64,000 nucleotides of DNA. Origin: Hemiscyllium ocellatum (taxonomy: Eukaryota). Within the stretch, counting starts at the first letter, position 1; the number at the start of each line of letters is the position of its first letter. Position numbers and translations under genes: made by a program. Location: NCBI RefSeq assembly GCF_020745735.1, contig NC_083435.1, positions 45,942,498 through 46,006,497 of the forward strand, written 5' to 3'. Below the pieces are notes generated by a model. It saw only the letters and a program-made list of their open reading frames with translations, made no database searches and was not told the origin of the DNA. This document shows positions 58,601 to 64,000 of this stretch, piece by piece.

Positions 58601-59059
58601 AGGTAAAGAGAGGAGTTGATTGAAGGGTCTGAAAGGTGGAAGGTGAGCTGGAGAGACGGAGAGGTTTAGGGAAGGAATTCCCCAGACTGGGCCTTTGATA
58701 GCTGAGGGTGCAGTAAGAGTGAGAGTTGTTGAGGTGGTCTCTGAGAGGGTTGTGGGTTTGTAAGAAATGCTAGAGATTGGGGGGAAAGATCACAAAGGGA
58801 TTTGAAAACAAGGATAAAAATATAAAATGGTGTTGTTGTTTGACCAGGAGCCAGTGAAGGTCAATGAGCAGGGGATGGGAGATGGGGGAGCAGTTGGTGA
58901 TTTAAGACTGGAGTTGGGGTGAAACGTGAGATTCCAGTCAGGAGGCCATTGGAATAGTTGCCTCCGGAATGAAGGTTTCAGTAGCAGGTGGAGGTGAGAT
59001 GGAATAAAGTTAAGTTGGAATAACATGCTCAGTTGTTCACTTCAGTTTTGGGAATTTTT

Positions 59060-59382
59060 TTTAGATTATTTACAGTGTGGAAACAGGCCCTTCGGCCCAA
59101 CAAGTCCACACCGACCCACCGAAGCACGCCCACCCAGACCCATTCCCCTACAGCTAACACTACAGGCAATTTAGCATGGCCAGTTCACCTAACCTGCACA
59201 TCTTTGTGACTGTGGGAGGAAACCAGAGCACCTGGAGGAAACCCACACAGACATGGGGAGAACATGCAAACTACACACAGACGGTCACCTGAGGCGGGAA
59301 TTGAGCCCAGGTCTCTGGTGCTGCGAGGGAAGCAGTGCTAACCACTGGGCCACCGTGCCAGCCACTGGGCCACCGTGCCACC
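59060..59382 (-). mobile_element. HE1-type SINE with a duplicated 20-nt head
   Basis: gccactgggccaccgtgcca occurs twice in tandem at the head. Confidence 0.85.
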
Positions 59383-59834
59383 CATGGTATCATTCATATT
59401 TTAACCCCTTCCATTCATTCACCCCAATCTTCTCAATGAAAGGATTACAGGCCAAGTTAAAATAATCTCCCCTCCAAACTTAACCATTTAATTTCCAAGC
59501 ACATTAAGGTGACTGTACGCTGCACTCCCTCCCAGGCCAGCACCTCCTCCCTGAGCTGCAGTGTGCAGAACTGAACGCGGTTCTCCAGCTGTAGTCTGAA
59601 CAGGGTCTGTACAGATGGAATATAACTCCATCCCGTTGTATGCTGTCCCTGGAGATAAATAACACCATTTCATCAGGACAGTGGTTCCCAACCTTTTCCT
59701 TATCGAGGCACATGTTACAAACAGTTCCCTGGCTCACCCACTGTCTGCAGCTGAATTGGTTGCTCATACCCATCCCACTTACTTGCCTTTATTCTGGTTA
59801 TGGCCTGGCAAGAGGGATTTGCTACATCGTACAT

Positions 59835-62800
59835 ACAGCAAGTTAAAGAAGGATCAAAAACGTTCACGTTTCAAACCCATTGTGAGGAGGCCCTACGAAG
59901 TAGGGCCTCCCTCCCATCCTCCTCCTCTAACCTAACTTTAAAGTCCACAGGTAAGCGACTCAGTGTTATTGATTCAGTGTTCTTGTTTTGGAGACAAAGT
60001 GTACAGTCATGGCAGCGCAGGCAGTGGAATGTTCCTCCTGCAGGATGTTTGAGGTAGGGGTGACCACCGATACTCCTGCCGACTTCACCTGCAGGAAATG
60101 CAGTCAGATCCTGCTCCTCACCGAACGAGTTAGGGAACTGGAACTGGAGTTGGATGAACTGAGGATTATTCGAGAGGCTGATTGATAGAAGCTACAGGGA
60201 CATAGTTACGCCGGAGAACAGAGGTAGCTGGGTAACAGTTAGAGGTGGGAAGGGGAAGAAGCAGGCAGTGCAGGGTTCCCCTGTGGTCGTTCCCCTAAAC
60301 AATAAGTATACAGCTTTGGAAACTGTTGGGTGGGACAGCCTTGCAGGTGTAAGCTGCAGTGAAGGGGTCTGTGGCGTGAGGTCTGGCTCTGAGACTCAGA
60401 AGGGAAAGGGGGAGAGCAGGAGAGCGCTAGTCATAGGAGACTCTCTAGTTAGAGGGACGGACAGGCGGTTCTGTGGACATGGGTGAGACTCTCAGATGGT
60501 TTATTGCCTCCCGGGTGCCAGGGTCCGAGACATCTCGGACCGTGTCTTCAGAATCCTTAAGGGGGAGGATGTGCAGCCAGAAGTCGTGGTACACATTGGC
60601 ACCAACGACATAGGTAGGAAGAGGGGTGGGGAGGTCATTCAAGATCTCAGGGAGTTAGGCTGGAAGCTAAAAGCTAGGACAGACAGAGTTGTCATCTCTG
60701 GGTTGTTGCCGGTGCCACGTGACAGTGAGGCAAGGAATAGGGAGAGAGTGCTGTTGAACACGTGGCTGCAAGGATGGTGTAGGAGGGAGGGCTTCAGGTA
60801 TTTGGACAATTGGACTGCATTCTGGGGAAGGTGGGACCTGTACAAACAGGACGGGTTGCACCTGAACCAGAAAGGCACCAATATCCTGGGGGGTAGGTTT
60901 GCTAGCACTCTTCAGGGGGGTTTAAACTAATTTGGCGGGGGATGGGATACGGACTTGTAGTCCAGCAAGTAAGCTAGCTGTGTGTCAGGATGTCCAAGAA
61001 TGTAGGGAGGCTGTGGAGAAGGTAGCACTGACAGGGAATACTTGCGGACACAGAGATGGGCTCAAGTGCGTATACTTCAACGCAAGGAGTATCAGAAATA
61101 AGGTGCGTGAACTTAAGGCGTGGATCGGTACCTGGGACTACGATGTTGTGGCCATCACGGAAACATGGATAGATGAGGACAGGAATGGCTGTTGGAGGTT
61201 CCTGGTTACAGATGTTTCAGTAGGATTAGGGAGGGTGGCAAAAAAGGAGGGGTGGTGGCATTGCTAATTAGAAATGGTTTAACGGCTGCAGAAAGGAAGT
61301 TTGAGGGGGATCTGCCTTTGGAGGTAGTATGGGCTGAAGTCAGAAATAGGAAAGGTGCATTCACCTTGTTGGGTGTTTACTGTAGGTCCCCCAATAGCAG
61401 CAGAGATGTGGAGGAACAGATTGGGAAACAGATTTTGGAAAGGTGCAGAAGCCACAGGGTCATAGTCATGGGCGACTTCAACTTCCCAAATATTGATTGG
61501 AAGCTCTTTAGATCTAGTAAATTGGATGGGGCGGTGTTTGTGCAGTGTGCCCAGGAAGCTTTTCTAACTCAGTATGTAGATTGTCCAACCAGAGGGGAGG
61601 CCATATTGGATTTGGTACTCGGTAATGAGCCGGGACAAGTGATGGGCTTGTTAGTGGGTGAACATTTTGGTGATGGTGACCACAATTCTGTGACTTTCAC
61701 CTTGGTTATGGAGAGAGATAGGTGCACACAACAGAGTAGATTTTACAATTGGGGGAAGGGAAATTACGATGCTGTAAGACAGGATTTGAGGAGCATGAGT
61801 TGGGAGCATAGGCTGTCAGGAAAGGATGTGGTGGAAATGTGGAACTTTTTCAAGGAGCAGATACGACGTGTCCTTGATATGTATGTACCTATCAGGCAGG
61901 AAAGAAATGGTCGTGTGAGGGAGCCTTGGTTGACGAGGGAGGTTGAATGTCTAGTAAAGAGGAAGAAGGAGGCTTACATCAGGTTGAGGAAACAGGGTTC
62001 AGACAGAGCAGTGGAGGGATACAGGATAGCCAGAAGGGACCTGAAGAAAGGGATTAGGAGAGCTAAGAGAGGGCATGAAAAATCCTTGGCGGATAGGATC
62101 AAGGATAACCCCAAGGCATTTTATGCGTATGTGAGAAACATGAGAATGACGAGAACGAGGGTAGGTCCGATCAAGGACAGTAGTGGGAGATTGTGTATTG
62201 AGTCGGAAGAGATAGGAGAGGTCTTGAACAAGTACTTTTCTTCAGTATTTACGAACGAGAGGGACCGTATTGTTGAAGAGGAGAGTGTGAAACGGACTGG
62301 TAAGCTAGAAGAGATACTTGTTAGGAAGGAAGATGTGTTGGACATTTTGAACAACTTGAGGATAGACAAGTCCCCCGGGCCTGACAGGATATATCCTAGG
62401 ATTATGTGGGAAGCAAGAGAGGAAATTGCAGTACCGTTGGCAATGATCTTTTCATCTTCACTGTCAACGGGGGTGGTACCAGGGGACTGGAGAGTAGCAA
62501 ATGTTGTGCCCCTGTTCAAAAAAGGGAATAGGGATAACCCTGGGAATTGCAGGCCAGTTAGTCTTTCTTCTGTGGTAGGCAAAGTAATGGAAAGGGTACT
62601 GAGGGATAGGATTTATGAGTATCTGGAAAGACACTGCTTGATTAGGGACAGCCAGCACGGATTTGTGAACGGTAGGTCTTGCCTTACAAGTCTTATTGAA
62701 TTCTTTGAGGAGGTGACCAAGCATGTGGATGAGGGTAGAGCACTGGATGTAGTGTACAAGGATTTTAGTAAGGCATTTGATAAGGTTCCCCATGGTAGGC

Positions 62801-63899
62801 TTATGCGGAATGTCAGGAGGCATGGGATAGAGGGAAATTTGGCCAATTGGATAGAAAACTGGCTGACCGGTCGAAGTCAGAGAGTGGTGGTAGATGGTAA
62901 ATATTCAGCCTGGAGCCCAGTTACAAGTGGAGTTCCGTAGGGATCAGTTCTGGGTCCTCTGCTGTTTGTAATTTTTATTAATGACTTGGATGAGGGAGTT
63001 GAAGTGTGGGTCAGTAAATTTGCAGATGATACGAAGACTAGTGGAGTTGTGGACAGTGAGGAGGGCTGTTATCGTTTGCAAAGGGACTTAGATATGATGC
63101 AGAGCTGGGCTGAGGAGTGGCAGATGGAGTTCAACCCTGCCAAGTGTGAGGTTGTCCATTTTGGAAGAACAAATAAGAATGCGGAATACAGGGTTAACGG
63201 TAGGGTTCTTAGGTGGAGGAACAGAGGGATCTTGGGGTCTATGTATATAGATCTTTGAAAGTTGCCACTCAGGTAGATAGAGCTTGTAAGAAGGCCTATG
63301 GTGTATTAGCGTTCATTAGCAGAGGGATTGAATTCAAGAATCGTGAAGTGATGTTGCAGCTGTACAGGACTTTGGTTAGGCCACATTTGTAGTACTGTGT
63401 GCAGTTCTGGTCGCCTCACTTTAGGAAAGATGTGGAAGCTTTGGAGAGGGTGCAGAGAAGATTTACCAGGATGTTGCCTGGAATGGAGAATAGGTCGTAC
63501 GAGGATAGGTTGAGAGTTCTCGGCCTTTTCTCGTTGGAACGGCGAAGGATGAGGGGTGACTTGATAGAGGTTTATAAGATGATCAGAGGAATAGATAGAG
63601 TAGACAGTCAGAAACTTTTTCCCCGGGTACAACAGAGTGTTACAAGGGGACATAAATTTAAGGTGAAGGGTGGAAGGTATAGGGGAGATGTCAGGGGTGG
63701 GTTCTTTACCCAGAGAGTGGTGGAGGCATGGAATGCACTGCCAGTGGGAGTGGTAGAGTCAGAATCGTTGGCGACCTTTAAGCAGCAATTGGATACGTAC
63801 ATGCTTGGGTGCTTAATCTAGGATAGATGTTCGGCACAACATCATGGGCCGAAGGGCCTGTTCTGTGCTGTATTGTTCTATATGTTCTATCTATCTATA
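59835..63899 (+). mobile_element. Near full-length CR1 LINE in intron 1 of the class I-like gene
   Basis: ORF1 from ATG 60009 (CSSC...CRKC zinc finger, coiled coil, GDS/SGNH esterase) and ORF2 APE-RT to 63821, with frameshifts and stops (GVP*GSVLGP at 62938), microsatellite tail. 5' boundary approximate. Confidence 0.93.
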
Positions 63900-64000
63900 T
63901 AGCAGCCAGATTTTCAAATTCAACTCAATTCAGTGATTTCTAATTATTCACAATTTGAAATCTGTTCCACATACCTCACTCACTTGAAAGGGTCTGAATT

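Overview
Vertebrate genomic DNA, very likely a shark (HE1-type SINEs, HER1/CR1 LINEs), from the MHC class I region. Two host genes are supported. The last five coding exons of a TAP2-type ABC peptide transporter lie on + (3388-14159, clean GT-AG junctions, open frame to the stop). The signal-peptide exon of a probable MHC class I heavy chain lies on + (57145-57196), behind an ISRE-S-X-Y promoter. The 43 kb between them is mostly transposons. It holds two stacks of Tx1-clade LINEs, each built by repeated insertion at one site: an 11.3 kb stack inside a split solo LTR (19289-30614), and a 9.3 kb U2-snRNA-headed, Keno-like element with two more copies inserted into its own ORF1 (42783-52088). Two non-repetitive islands with clustered immune-regulatory motifs and no adjacent gene occur at about 35.9 kb and 40.2 kb. 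Short Penelope-derived insertions carry minimal hammerhead-ribozyme motifs. Gene exons, target-site duplications (TSDs) and motifs were indexed by hand; old repeat boundaries are approximate. Reference sequences (human TAP2, HLA promoters, U2, shark class I leader) are recalled from memory, not searched.
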